Below, piece after piece: positions 12,884-64,000 of a stretch of 64,000 nt of DNA. The notes under the pieces were generated by a model. That model saw only the letters and a program-made list of their open reading frames with translations. It searched no databases and had not been told where the DNA came from. The position numbers and the translations under genes were made by a program. Position 1 is the stretch's first letter; every line of letters begins with the position of its first letter. This DNA is from Hydrolagus colliei (Eukaryota), in the NCBI GenBank assembly GCA_035084275.1, contig CM068750.1, positions 4,030,001-4,094,000 on the forward strand, given 5' to 3'.

Positions 12884-15800
12884 ATGCCTGAGGAAGTTCA
12901 GAACACTTCTCTAGACATGGCAACGGAGGAAGAATCTGAGACTTTTGCTTTTCAGGCGGAAATTGCCCAGTTGATGTCCCTGATCATCAATACGTTCTAC
13001 TCCAACAAAGAGATCTTTCTGAGGGAGATTATTTCTAACTCCTCTGATGTAAGTCATATTCAGAGACTGAATTGTTGTTTAAAATTAAATTTGTCTGTAT
13101 AAGGTTTACAGTTGCTGGGTGGGAGAATGAGTCTTCATACAGTTAATGCCTCTAGAAAATAACCATTCAGAAATGTTTAGTGTACTATCCAGCAAGCTCC
13201 AGGAAATGTACACCATGGTGTATGTATTGCCTTCAAACAAAATTTACTTGGATTACAGCAATGCAATGGGCCATTCAGCCCAACTAATCTGTGCTAGTAT
13301 TCATAATCCATATAGTTCTTCACTTCCTCCCATACCTCTTTTTATTCCTTTCCTCCTCAATGTGTATGGAAAATTGTCACATACAAAATGTGTGAAGAAA
13401 CCGCTAGATTGGGGGGGGGGGGGGGGGGGGAAACAAGGTCCATCTAGTTTGCCTTCCACCTTCCTGATGGTCACATGTGCATATGTCCCAAACTGCTTAT
13501 TTACTACTGTTATTTCCAATAATGTTATTTCCTAAAAGAATACTTATTTGTTTGAAAGAATCAACTTCCTGATTCAACCATCTCCCTAGAGAGCCTGTTC
13601 CACTGGTTCACTATTTGGAACAAGCTTGTTGTGTGAAGAGAGCTATTCTAGATTCTGTTCAAATCTTTTTTTTTAAAGGCACTTGATAAAATTCGCTACG
13701 AAAGCCTGACTGATCCAAGCAAATTGGATACTGGCAAAGAATTGAAGATTGACATCACGCCAAACCTGAAGGAACGCACTTTAACCATTTTGGATACTGG
13801 TATTGGGATGACCAAAGCTGATCTCATTAACAACCTGGGTACCATTGCTAAGTCTGGAACAAAGGCCTTTATGGAAGCTTTGCAGGCAGGTGCAGATATC
13901 TCCATGATTGGCCAGTTTGGTGTTGGCTTCTATTCTGCCTATCTCGTTGCGGAAAAGGTTACTGTTATCACCAAACACTGTGATGATGAACAGTATATTT
14001 GGGAATCATCTGCTGGAGGATCCTTCACAGTGAGACTAGATCCGGGTAAGTACAGTTTTAGGAACAAAAAGTACCATGTAATGGGTTTGAATCTGCTTTT
14101 TAAACCGTTTCAGACTAAAGAGTAAAGAAAAGGTGCTGGAGTTCTTCAGCTGATTTGGAATTTTTTTAAAAAAGAATTGCAGTGTGGTAATTCAATAATT
14201 TTTGCTCTGCTCAAAAATAATTAAGTTTAATTTTTTTCTATGTAATTTAAAAGAAAATGATGCACTATTTACTCCCTCCACATCAAGAGACTTAAGTACA
14301 AAACTTGATGTAAATATAAATGCCTGTGCTTTTCCTTTTTTTAAGGTGAGACACTGAGTCGTGGGACCAAAGTAATCTTGCACTTGAAAGAGGATCAAGT
14401 GGAATATGTCGAGGAGAAGAGGGTCAAAGAGATTGTGAAGAAGCACTCTCAGTTTATTGGCTACCCAATCACACTTTATGTAAGTGTATTTTCCAGGGAG
14501 ATTTTGAAAAGGAGTTTGCTTCTATGTCCCTGTAATTGGCTTCTTTGTCCCTGTAGTAAAGAGACAACATGCCTTTTATTTCTAATTGCTGTCTTAGAGA
14601 TGCTGAAAGGTGTGTGTGTGTACAGTGTATAGATTGGGACATCCTCTCGACATGAAAGGCGCTATATAAATGTAAGTTTTGATTGATTGATTTAGATATA
14701 TTTATATATACGTAAAAGCCTGTTTATCTATCCGCACCCTCAGAATTTGGCCAACGCTGGATATTTGGCCGAAAACGCAAAAAAAAATTAATGCATTTTT
14801 CCGGATAAATTCCGTTTAGTCGAATGCTGACCTTTTTTTTGATGTGCCGGTTATACGGAAGTTACGGTTGATCAGGTGCTGGATAAACAGACTTTTACTG
14901 TATATACTGTGTGTGTGTGTGTATATATATATATATCTGGTGAGGTCAGAACTACATTGGCAATGTATCCCACATGCAATTGATAACATTCCTCTTGAGT
15001 CTGACTGAAGAATAACTACTGCAGAAAAGAAGTAATAAAACGTCTTCAGGACAGAACTGTTAATGAGACCAAACCATGTTTGAATGCCAGAAAATAATAG
15101 AAATGAATGTTTTAAAACATTATTTTGACATTAAATTCAGGTGGAGAAAGAACGTGATAAGGAGATCAGTGATGATGAAGCAGAAGAGAAGGAAGAAAAG
15201 AAAGAAGATGCCAGTGAGGAAGATAAACCGAAAATAGAAGATGTTGGATCAGATGAAGAAGAAGATGAAAAGAAAGAGGGTGACAAGAAAAAGAAGAAGA
15301 AGATCAAGGAAAAATACATTGACCAAGAGGAGCTGAACAAGACCAAACCACTATGGACAAGGAATCCTGAGGACATTACCAGTGAAGAGTATGGAGAATT
15401 TTACAAGAGTTTGACAAATGACTGGGAGGAGCACTTGGCTGTAAAGGTAAGCTGTTATTCAGTGATATCTTTTAATGGTATTCATTGCATGTTTTGCTCC
15501 TCCACAATTCCCATATGTAACTATAATTGACTAGAATAAATAGTTTTATGAAGAAATAGCAAATTGTATTTTTACTACTTTTGTAATAAAATTCCCTTTT
15601 CTCTACAGCATTTCTCTGTTGAGGGCCAGCTGGAGTTCAGAGCTTTACTCTTTGCACCACGACGAGCACCGTTTGACTTGTTTGAAAACCGAAAGAAGAA
15701 GAACAATATCAAGCTGTATGTGCGCAGAGTCTTCATCATGGATAATTGTGATGAGCTCATTCCAGAATACCTTAGTAAGTGTACAGGAAGCAGCCAACTT

Positions 15801-18300
15801 CATACTTTGTCGATTGAACCCTCATGAATGTATTTAACTTTATTTCCAACCTGTACTCCATATCCTAATTGTATTAATACTTTTAAATTGTGGATTCAAA
15901 CTAGGATAGCGTCTTAATTTTTTTTCCACTATCTCAAGATTTTATGAAAGGTGTTGTGGATTCCGAAGACCTGCCTTTAAACATTTCGCGTGAAACATTG
16001 CAGCAAAGCAAGATTCTCAAGGTTATTCGGAAGAATCTAGTTAAGAAATGTATGGAGCTCTTCATAGAATTGGCTGAGGACAAGGACAACTACAAGAAGT
16101 TTTATGATCAGTTTTCCAAAAACCTTAAGGTACATAAGATGGTTATTAATGGAATTTGTGAGTTTTTTTTAAAAAAAGAAGCTGCATACTTTGGAAGATC
16201 AATACTTAACAATTGTGTAGTGGCCATTAGTGCCAAGATCCTGATTTCATATTTTTAATTGTGTTTGAATAACTTCTGTTCTATTAAATTTTGTCCCTTT
16301 CCTCCTCTCAAAGCTTGGAATCCATGAGGACTCCCAGAATCGTAAGAAGCTCTCAGAGCTGCTCAGGTACCATACCTCAGTGAGTGGTGATGAAATGGTA
16401 TCCCTCAAAGACTATGTCTTCCGCATGAAGGACAACCAAAAGCACATTTACTACATCACTGGTGAGTTGAGTTAATTTTATGCAGTACTGCAAAGATGAT
16501 AACTGCTTGTCATTTGATGAAAAAACAAACAAAAAATGTTCTCTTTCGCTCCAAAGGTGAAACCAAGGATCAAGTGGCTAACTCTGCTTTTGTAGAGTGG
16601 CTGAGAAAACATGGATTGGAAGTGATCTACATGACTGAGCCAATTGATGAATACTGTGTGCAGCAGTTGAAAGAATTTGATGGCAAGACTTTGGTTTCAG
16701 TCACTAAAGAGGGTTTAGAGCTTCCAGAAGACGAAGAGGAGAAAAAGAAACAAGAGGAGAAAAAGAGCAGTTATGAGAATCTGTGCAAGATCATGAAGGA
16801 CATATTGGAGAAGAAAATTGAGAAAGTAAGTTGACATTGAAGTGTATGTCGTACAACATTGAGCAGACTTGCACAACTAAAAGCTACAGGTTGCTGCCTT
16901 TTTTGTTTTTATAGATGTGAGTCAAAATTACTGAGTAAAGCTTAACACCATATGTATTGTTTTCCCCACTTTATATTGTGTCCAAAGAATAAATTCCAAA
17001 TCGCTTCAGGTTTGAAAATGAGTGCATTAGGATAGTATTCAACAACTTGCATTTAATCAGCTACTTTCACACACTCAATATTTCAGAGCACTAAACTATT
17101 TAACGATTGACATTTTTAAGGTTTCTGATCCTTTGTTTGGCAAGCTAGATTAGGGAAGTTATTTTAAATTCAATTTTGCCTCTTGATGTTTTTACATGCA
17201 ATATTAAAAAGCTATTTGCTTACAATTATGTAATGTGAAGACCCAAATATATTGGCAGTCAAGATATGTTGCAATAAAGATGCATTAATCTTGGTGCATT
17301 TCCTCTCCAACAAATTGTTAATTTGAAGTTTCTTGTCTCGGATGAGGCAGATTAATGTCCTCACATTTTCACGTGTGTATTAAATGGACTTGTAATCAAT
17401 AATATTGTTGAATACAGTAGGAAAAATAAATGAAGTCAATTGTAAATTGTATCATTAAATTTTTCTTTCAGGTAACTGTCTCCATCCGCTTAGTTTCCTC
17501 TCCATGTTGCATTGTGACCAGCACTTATGGGTGGACTGCCAACATGGAAAGAATCATGAAGGCTCAGGCTCTTCGTGATAACTCCACAATGGGTTACATG
17601 GCAGCCAAGAAACATCTAGAGATCAATCCTGATCATCCAATCATTGCAACACTGAAGCAGAGGGCAGAAGATGACAAAAATGACAAGTCAGTGAAGGATC
17701 TTGTCATTCTTCTCTTTGAAACAGCACTTCTGTCTTCAGGTTTTTCATTGGAAGATCCACAAACTCATGCTAATCGAATCTACAGGATGATCAAACTTGG
17801 TCTAGGTATGGTTTTTTTAATTAGCAAAATCTATAAGTTGTATTGAAGATCCCTTTTAGCATTAATTATAATCTGAAAATTGTTCTTGTGCAGTATTTCC
17901 AGATGGATTTTCCCTTTCAATAACATGAAGCCATTGAAATATTAGTTATATAACATTGTTACAAATATGATAATTTGTGGGCAAACTATTCCCTTTCTTG
18001 CTTTCCCAAACTATATACTGTTGATTGTTCGTTTACAAAAACAACAAAATTACACTTGAAAAGCCCCTTTCACGTCAGGAGGACGTCCTAAGATGCAATC
18101 AATACTCAGTGTTACTAGGATTTTAAAAAAATTATTTTGGCTGCTTTTATTCATCTTCATAGCGTGTCTTTTCCCTCCCTGATCCCATAGGAATTGATGA
18201 GGAAGACCCAGTTGCAGAGGATGTTGCTGAGCCGGTTATAGAGGAGATGCCACCATTAGAAGATGACGACGATGCTTCTCGAATGGAAGAAGTTGACTGA
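12884..18300 (+). CDS. HSP90AA1: Heat shock protein HSP 90-alpha, complete CDS, 10 coding exons, 729 aa
   Basis: Exons 12884-13048, 13679-14045, 14346-14479, 15141-15446, 15609-15774, 15939-16129, 16314-16461, 16557-16825, 17472-17805, 18191-18300. All introns GT-AG; total 2190 nt in frame. Signature motifs [28 protein letters not shown] and C-terminal MEEVD. Alpha-type residues HEDSQNRKK and KHGLEVIY. Confidence 0.97.
13436..13660 (-). mobile_element. Probable CR1-type LINE 3' fragment
   Basis: AAGGTCCATCTAGTTTGCCTTCCACC is similar to a second copy at ~33123. CCTGTTCCACTGGTTCACTA resembles CR1 ORF2 3' ends. Confidence 0.5.
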
Positions 18301-18499
18301 GATAAACCACTACATTCTATTTCAAAGTTAAAATTCTCAAGGTCTGTTGTAGTAATTAGATTTAAAAGTTCTGACATCTGTTTTGTAACGGTATCCCACT
18401 TCTGTGAAGTATGGTTGATACTGAAGTTTCTCTTCCCCACCCCGTAACTTGTTCAGGTAGTACTAGTACTACAGGTTGTATGTGGTTAAATCTGTGCAA

Positions 18500-18505
18500 A
18501 ATAAA
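18500..18505 (+). terminator. HSP90AA1 polyadenylation signal
   Basis: AATAAA 200 nt after the stop codon, followed by a GT/T-rich downstream element (tgtgtatttttt). Confidence 0.7.
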
Positions 18506-18624
18506 GTTGCTAGCTTGGATCGACCTGGTGTGTATTTTTTTTATATACATTACTGGAGAACCAAATCATCAACTGAATCCCACCCTGTATGAATGGTTAA
18601 TGATGATGAAATCAGGATCGCAAA

Positions 18625-19250
18625 GGCACGGTTGAAGAGGAGGGTTTTCAGATGGGACTTGAAGGATGCATGAGAGGAGGTGAGGTAGTGAGATCGCGGG
18701 ATAGAGTTCCAGAGTGGGTTGGCAGCAGAAAAGCTGGTCTAGAATGGGGGTGATCGGTTCCCAGAGCCTGTTGCGGGAGAAGACACAAGCTTGTGGAGTG
18801 AAGAATTGGGAAGTCCAGTGAGCAGGCGGTTGGCGTAGTCAAGCCAGCATGTAATGAAAGCATAGATCAGTCTCCAGACCCGTGGTGAATGGTGGAGGTG
18901 AGCAATGGTGCGGAGGTGTGGAAAGGCAGAACAAGTCACAGCATGATTGTGGGGTTTGAAGCATAGCTGAGGGTTGTAAAGGACACTGTGTTTTCAGATT
19001 GATGAGCTGAAGACTGCAGCCATGAATTGTGATAGTGTCAGTGGCTGAGGTGAGGAGCCAAACAGGAGGACTTCTGTCTTGAGCTGGAGGAAGTTGGCTC
19101 TCAAACAGGACTTGATGTCAGACAGACAATTAGCCAGGAGATCAATGGTCCTGGAGTTGAGGGTGGAGATGGCGAGATAATTAGATATCATTGGTGGAAA
19201 TTGACTCAGGGTCTACAGATGACATTGCTGAGCGGGAGCACATTTAAGAA
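18625..19250 (-). mobile_element. Degenerate L2-clade LINE ORF2 fragment
   Basis: Broken frames give LRANFLQL-KTEVLLFG, HLRTIAHL and IYAFITCWLDYANRLLTGLP, typical of the L2 RT C-terminal region; multiple frameshifts. Confidence 0.8.
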
Positions 19251-19723
19251 GATGGACCTATAAAACTGGATGGAGGTACAGTATACTATATTGCCATAGG
19301 TTCAGCTATTTGCCTGTTTTCAAAGCTGAACAATTATGCAGGCAACAATTCTGTAGGGAAACAGGTTTAAACAAGTGTTTTAACTTTCACCAAGGTTTTG
19401 TTTTCTTGCTTTCTTTACGAAAATAGTAAATTGCTGTTTTAATGTTGCCTCACATACAGTTTGCTGGACCTTTTTGTTTTATTTAAAAAAATTAACTTGG
19501 TAAGCACCTACAATACAGGTAATCACTTTACAAGATATTCCGTTTACAAGATGCAGTTTAAAATTGTCCATTCAATCTGTCTGACTTTATCCACTTGATA
19601 CATTATCAAGAAACAGTTCCTTAGCAATCACACTGTCAACAATGAGTTTTCTAAAGGTTTCCTATTACATTTAATGGTGAATGCAGCCCCAGTAACCACA
19701 GCCACACTAATAGAAGAAATCAT

Positions 19724-20043
19724 GTAGAGTCCTGTAGCTCAGTGGTTAGTGCACTCGCCTTGCAAGCGAGAGACCTAGATTCAATTCCTGGCAGGACAAA
19801 ACTTTAGGCAAGTTTCTTCACTCTACACGCCTGATAATAATCCCTCGTAAAAAACTAACAAATTGGTCGTTTCAATCCACGGCTGTTTGTGGTGTCGCCG
19901 CCATGTGCAATTGGCTGCTGTGTCTTGCCCAGAAATATACAATTAATTCACTTTACAGGATATTCTGTGAAGTGCTTTGGGAGCGTCTAGATAGGATGTG
20001 AAAAGCGCTACTGTACACCAAATGCAAGGATTATTATTATTAT
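19724..20043 (+). mobile_element. Full-length tRNA-derived SINE
   Basis: GTCCTGTAGCTCAGTGGTTAGTGCACTCGCCTTGCAAGCGAG head, shared body, (ATT)n tail. Confidence 0.9.
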
Positions 20044-20408
20044 AAAGGCAGAGCGGCCACTAGAGGCCCTCTTGCTATACCATGGTGAAATCTCATTGCT
20101 TGATAGATATTCAACAGCTAATGTAGTTTGGTGCACAACTAGCAAGCACTTAATATACAGGTATTGGCGCTCACCCTGGCAATTATTGCTCATGTTAATA
20201 GACTTGTGCTGTCATGTAATTCCTCATATTTACACCCCTCTTTGCTGAATTCCACTGAGGTTAAGACATGGTGCCCCTTAATATATGGCGAGGAAGTAAA
20301 CCATGTGTGTCTTGTTGTTTATTATCCCTCTTCATCATGCTTCCTAAGTTTTCAAAAGAAAGCAAACTAAACTGATAAAGCAGTTTGTATCATGTCTGCT
20401 TTGCAGGT

Positions 20409-20432
20409 CACACACACACACACACACACACA
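20409..20432. repeat. (CA)n microsatellite
   Basis: About 12 CA units. Confidence 0.9.
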
Positions 20433-20900
20433 AAAAATGGGATTCCATTGACTGCTTTTTTTTCACAAAAGATGACAAATGCAACACAGGAGACTGTTAT
20501 TGCTGAAGCTAATTAAAGTGGTGATTAAAGGTATGCACTGCATCTAACTATGAGCTCACTACTGGAGACTTTAAAATAATCAATTAATTAATGTTGGATT
20601 AATGTCCCTTACCTGTTAGCTGTGGTGCAGGTGGGGGAACTGTGCTTCTCTCTCTTTGTTTGCACCTGTGGCTTCCCCATCAAGGTTTTCTTTCTCATTG
20701 GCAGATATAACTCTAGTCAGTCGGTCTGTCATGCTCAAGTGGATGGAAATTCAGTGGCTTATTTTTTTTTTACCGGGGACTCGTTCAGAGTAAAACTAGG
20801 TGGTGTTTGCCAGAAGCTCTGAGTGTTTGAGGAGAGAAACTGTGTGTGTTTTGGTTTTTTTCTTTTCTTTATCTATTTATTATGTAGGGCGGTGGGCAGC

Positions 20901-23254
20901 ATGTCAGCCAGAAAGAAAAAGAGACGCATTCGATGCTCTGCTCAAGGTAAAGGAGTGGGAGGTTGTTGGCATTTAACAAGATGCTTGTTAGTGTGGAAAT
21001 TATTGAGTAGTGAGTAGTACAAATTTGAGAGTTGAATGAATGTGTTTGCAGTGAATGCACTTGAACTTTTTATATCCCCCACCAAACTCTTAACTTTTCT
21101 TTAAATCCGCAAATCAGCCCTTACTTAACTGATTTTTAAAAACTTCTATCTCAGTCAGACACTGGTACATTTTCTTTCTCTTTTCCTCCCACCAACCTCC
21201 ATGAGTGAATTGAAATAGTATTATTGCAGATCCTTAAGGCAGGAGCTCTCAACCAATCCAGGCAATGGAAATCAATCCTGGAGTTGAACCACCTGTGTGA
21301 ACGTGATTCAAACCAGGTCATTCAGAAAACTGCCCATGTCAGCAACCGACTAAACATTTCTTGGTTTGTTGTTCGATGATCAGGACCTTATCCTCGACCC
21401 TTGCATTCTCTAGTTCACAAATTTGCTGACATTATCATACCAGATCAGGATTAGACTATTTTCATTCTTCTTGCAGTTATAAAACCAACTGGCAGTAATA
21501 TCTTTTAAGTTTAGAACTGCCTCCCTCAACCCCCTTCATCTCGCCCCTCCTTTCCCATTTTCCAGTCGCCCCTAAAGACCTTTCTCTTCGACTCCATTTA
21601 GTCACATTTCACCTTCCCCCTGGCTTGGCCTCGGGCTCCGCCATTGTGAAGCACTCTAGAGACGCTGTCTGGCGTGGAGGGTGCTATATAAATGTAAGTT
21701 GTTGTTGTATCTTGTTCAGAAGGGACATTTTTTTGATATGCAGTACAACAAAAGTGCTTCTCTCTAGTTTTAATGGTACACCAGATATCTGATGGTTAAT
21801 GTGAGTATTGCTGTATGTACCCATTGCAGTCATTGTTTGCCATCAAGTATAAATGAAGCCTGAAATAATGTATAATGCAACATCTTTAACAGTGGCAGGT
21901 TTTCTGTCTTTCAGAACCATTTAGAATAAGCACAGAGAGAATTCCAGATGGTATGGAATTATTGGCATGCAAGTACCAGGTGATATGGAACTATATTGAA
22001 ATAATTGCCTAAATGTACCAAATATGTTTAGTATGGGTATAAGGAGGAATGAATAATGTGTATTTTTTTTCTCTCTAAAGGAAAAATGTAGAGTAGAATC
22101 AAGTACGGAATCTGAATCTGATACTTATATTGAGGTAATTATTTCCCCTTTCCCTTCAATGCTAAAATCTTGTTTAATGTCTGATTTAAAAGTTTATTTT
22201 GCCCACTGCAGGTTTTGATGAACCCAATTGTTGGCTCTGCAAAGAAACTGGATATAACAAAAGTAAGTGTATAGCGCTGTTTGAAATTGGAAATAATAAT
22301 CCTTGCATTTGATATAGCGCTAATAATAATCCCTCCCCCAAAACAACACAATAATAAAATTGGTGATTTTCAATCCATGGCTGTTTGAGGGACACTGCTG
22401 TGCGCAATTGGCTGCCGTGTTTCGTTCCACAGGTATACAGTCAAATTTGCTTTACAGTACATTCTGTGAAGTGCTTTGAGATGCCTAGAAGATATGAAAT
22501 GCTCTATATCAAATGCAAGGATTATTATTATTATAACCCAAATTCATTGCATTACCAGAAGCCAAGATGCTCATCTTTGTTTCCCTTTAATTTTAATAAA
22601 ACTGTCTGAAGAGAACCTTTTTGAATTGTTGGAAATATTTCTTGGTGTTAATCTTAGCATTTGGATTCTTATGACGGAGACTCTGAAAACACCTCAAGTC
22701 AATCTGACAGCAGTAAAATCCACCCAGAGGATATCTACATTGACGAGCCAGGATACCCATCCCATTCTCTTGTAGCAGCTGATGAAGAGAAGTCGACAAA
22801 ATTTCAAGAAGCGTCGGTGGTGATGAATTTTGAATGTGCGTGCACTTCTATACAACTGAACGCCACAGTTACAGAATCTTTGCTTACACCCGACGAGTCC
22901 ATGCAATCTGGCAGTGAGACTGCACTTCAATCAAAACAAGAGCAGTTGAAAACCGATCAACCTATGCCAGGTACAAAATGTGGAGATAATGGGCTGTCAC
23001 CAGATTTGGAGGTTTTTACTGAGTTCCCTCCAGTCAATACAGGTGTGGGTGAACTTGCAATTGTGAACTTGCTCACTCCAGGAAGCCATGGGGACAATAA
23101 ACACAGGCATCGAGACTTTCACCGTTGCCCGTTGCCAGTCTTGCAGCCTCCGAGTGAAATTGTTAAAGAAAGGTTGTTGTCAAAAAGAAAGCTGGGGAAC
23201 GCTTTGATGGATGCAGGCAACAGAAAGATGCGTAAAAAGAAGTGGTGGGATTAA
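20901..23254 (+). CDS. Uncharacterised spliced protein-coding gene, ~270-279 aa, acidic/Ser-rich with basic termini
   Basis: Phase-compatible exons with GT-AG boundaries: 20901-20946 (MSARKKKRRIRCSAQ; acceptor at 20887), optional 21768-21794, 21915-21979, 22081-22134, 22212-22262, 22658-23254. They join into one open frame. AATAAA at 23505-23510. Confidence 0.7.
21520..21709 (+). mobile_element. L2-type LINE 3' end
   Basis: CTAAAGACCTTTCTCTTC (LKTFLF) followed by GTGCTATATAAATGTAAG(TTG)n. Confidence 0.7.
22292..22535 (+). mobile_element. SINE 3' two-thirds, preceded by a short inverted SINE tail
   Basis: 22292-22322 is a minus-strand tail; 22323-22535 is a plus-strand body with (ATT)n. Confidence 0.8.
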
Positions 23255-23504
23255 AAAGCTTTTTTTTACAGTGGCGAATTGATCTGTAAAAATGAAATTG
23301 TAGCACGATTACTTACTATCCAAAGGGAAAATAGAAGTTGACTGCCAGGTGGAATGCAGTTTTTGCGTTACTGTGTTTTGATTTGGCTGCGTACAATTGG
23401 AAAACTTCCCATGTTTTGTTCATGGCCAGAAAGGCCAAGTGAAATGTCAACTACTGTATGTCTTGAGGCAAGAATGCCAGATTGCAGTCTCTTTACAAAC
23501 GTAA

Positions 23505-23510
23505 AATAAA
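23505..23510 (+). terminator. Candidate polyA signal of the uncharacterised gene
   Basis: AATAAA 250 nt after the TAA, with T-rich sequence downstream. Confidence 0.5.
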
Positions 23511-24585
23511 AATGCACTAAGATTTACCCCTTTGATTTGATTTATATTTTAATTGTTTCACATAGAGGCAATCAAATCCTAGATTAATTTTGGGTTGTTT
23601 TGATGAAAGCTCCAGGCTTGACTGTGGTTCATCTTTACACTGGTCATGCAATGAGCTGGAATTGTACTTGCTGCAGAAAACATCTACAGATTTCACAGCA
23701 CCAAGGAGCTGGTGAATGACTTAGCCATTTGCAGAAATTAGATGGAAAGAGATTAAAGAGTTTTACACATTCTAGGTCTCTGCTCATAGTCAATGGGTTA
23801 GAGTTGCAGGATCCAACTCCCAATTTAATGAGATGGTTACTTCCTTAGATCCATGCATGAGATGCTTATCTGGAAGAACTACAAGTTAAACTAACTGCAA
23901 TACCTTTCAGAATAGACATTGTGGTGACATTCTATGAAGTGTGGGGGGGTGGGAATGTAGAGAAATCTTGCAGGAAGCAACTTCTACAGTGAATCATGTA
24001 CGTATCTTTCTTCAGTAATATGATCAATTTAACAAATGCACTGTATATTATGAGCTGGTCTCCCTGTTGTGATGATTGGAATGTATACAGCCACAAAAGT
24101 TGGTAACTGTTGGCTTACAGCAAGTCCACAGAAAAGCTGAGACACAGATGGTTAAGCATCTCACACCAGAGCATGCAACATTTTCCTTATATACTTATGA
24201 TGCCAAAAAAACTCATGAAATGTCATAATAGCTTAATATTTGCAAGTCCTGTTGGAAATTTAATTCTAGAAATGCATTTTCAGACTCCAAGACTCCACAA
24301 TCATGATGTATCATTTCATATTTACCGTAAAACAAACCATCGACCACAGAACATTTTCCAACTCTTATCACAAACTCCGCCAAATCCATCAACCTTCCTT
24401 ACACAGCGCGTTAGCTCCACAAACTATCTCTTCTCGTACCATCTAATCACCTGTACAGAATCTTTCTAGAATCATTCATTATGTTGAAAGGCATACAACT
24501 ACTCAGTTACTTCTACAGATTAGCACATGCAACACAATTATCTTATAAATTTATGACGTGTTTCTGAGCATCAATAGTTTAAGAT

Positions 24586-63531
<38,946 letters not shown>

Positions 63532-64000
63532 CTATTTTAGCAAAGAGTTAAATATTAAAAATATAAAACCTTTGAAATGCTCAGGCATTAAAATTGCAAA
63601 TCTAATACTAATCAAAACATGTCCACATTCATATTCACCGTTTCAGACAAAAAACACAAAGGAGCAGCCATGCTTTGTATCAATGATTTTTAGTTGGAAG
63701 GTCCTGATTTGACATGCATTTCTGCAGTGTTTAACATATTAAAATGGCAAAAGATATCACGGTCAGCCACTCAGAAGCACCTCTTTGTGGCAAGCCATGA
63801 AGCTGCACCAGATGAGGCCTAGCAACTGGTCTCAGCTAGGAAAAGTTGTGACCACAGACTAAAAACTACTATATAATGATGAGAGTACAATTTGTATAGA
63901 TTAGATAATTCGGTATCAGGACAGATTGCTACTTCAATCATGTGATTTATTAAAAAAAAACTAGTGTTACCAACACCACTCAAAATAAATCGCAGGAGGA

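Noticed and set aside
13411-13430. Poly-G run (also poly-C at ~6152-6170)
   Set aside because: Simple homopolymers of unreliable length, with no evidence of function.
12884-18300. HSP90AB1 or a processed pseudogene
   Set aside because: Alpha-diagnostic residues, synteny with WDR20/DYNC1H1, introns present and an intact frame.
19724-19800. tRNA gene (TGC anticodon-like loop) here and at other SINE heads
   Set aside because: Each continues into the same SINE body and (ATT)n tail, and the anticodon varies among copies, so these are SINE heads.

Overview
Vertebrate (non-mammalian) genomic DNA: AT-rich, with compact spliceosomal introns. The tRNA-derived SINEs and L2/CR1 fragments suggest a cartilaginous fish, possibly a chimaera (inference). 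The window holds the conserved WDR20 / HSP90AA1 / DYNC1H1 block. WDR20 coding exon 1 is on the minus strand (5531-5779). A complete 11-exon HSP90AA1 is on the plus strand (CDS 12884-18300, 729 aa) with a TATA box and heat-shock elements. Exons 2-78 of cytoplasmic dynein-1 heavy chain are on the minus strand (63531 down to 24586). Top finding: the dynein exon encoding the first half of the microtubule-binding domain is tandemly duplicated. The two copies (38921-39116 and 38382-38577) are both 196 nt, same phase, with intact splice sites and about 74% aa identity, which predicts mutually exclusive splicing between two track-binding feet. Also found: a candidate 18-nt dynein microexon, two GC-AG introns, and a spliced ~270-279 aa gene of unknown function between HSP90AA1 and DYNC1H1.
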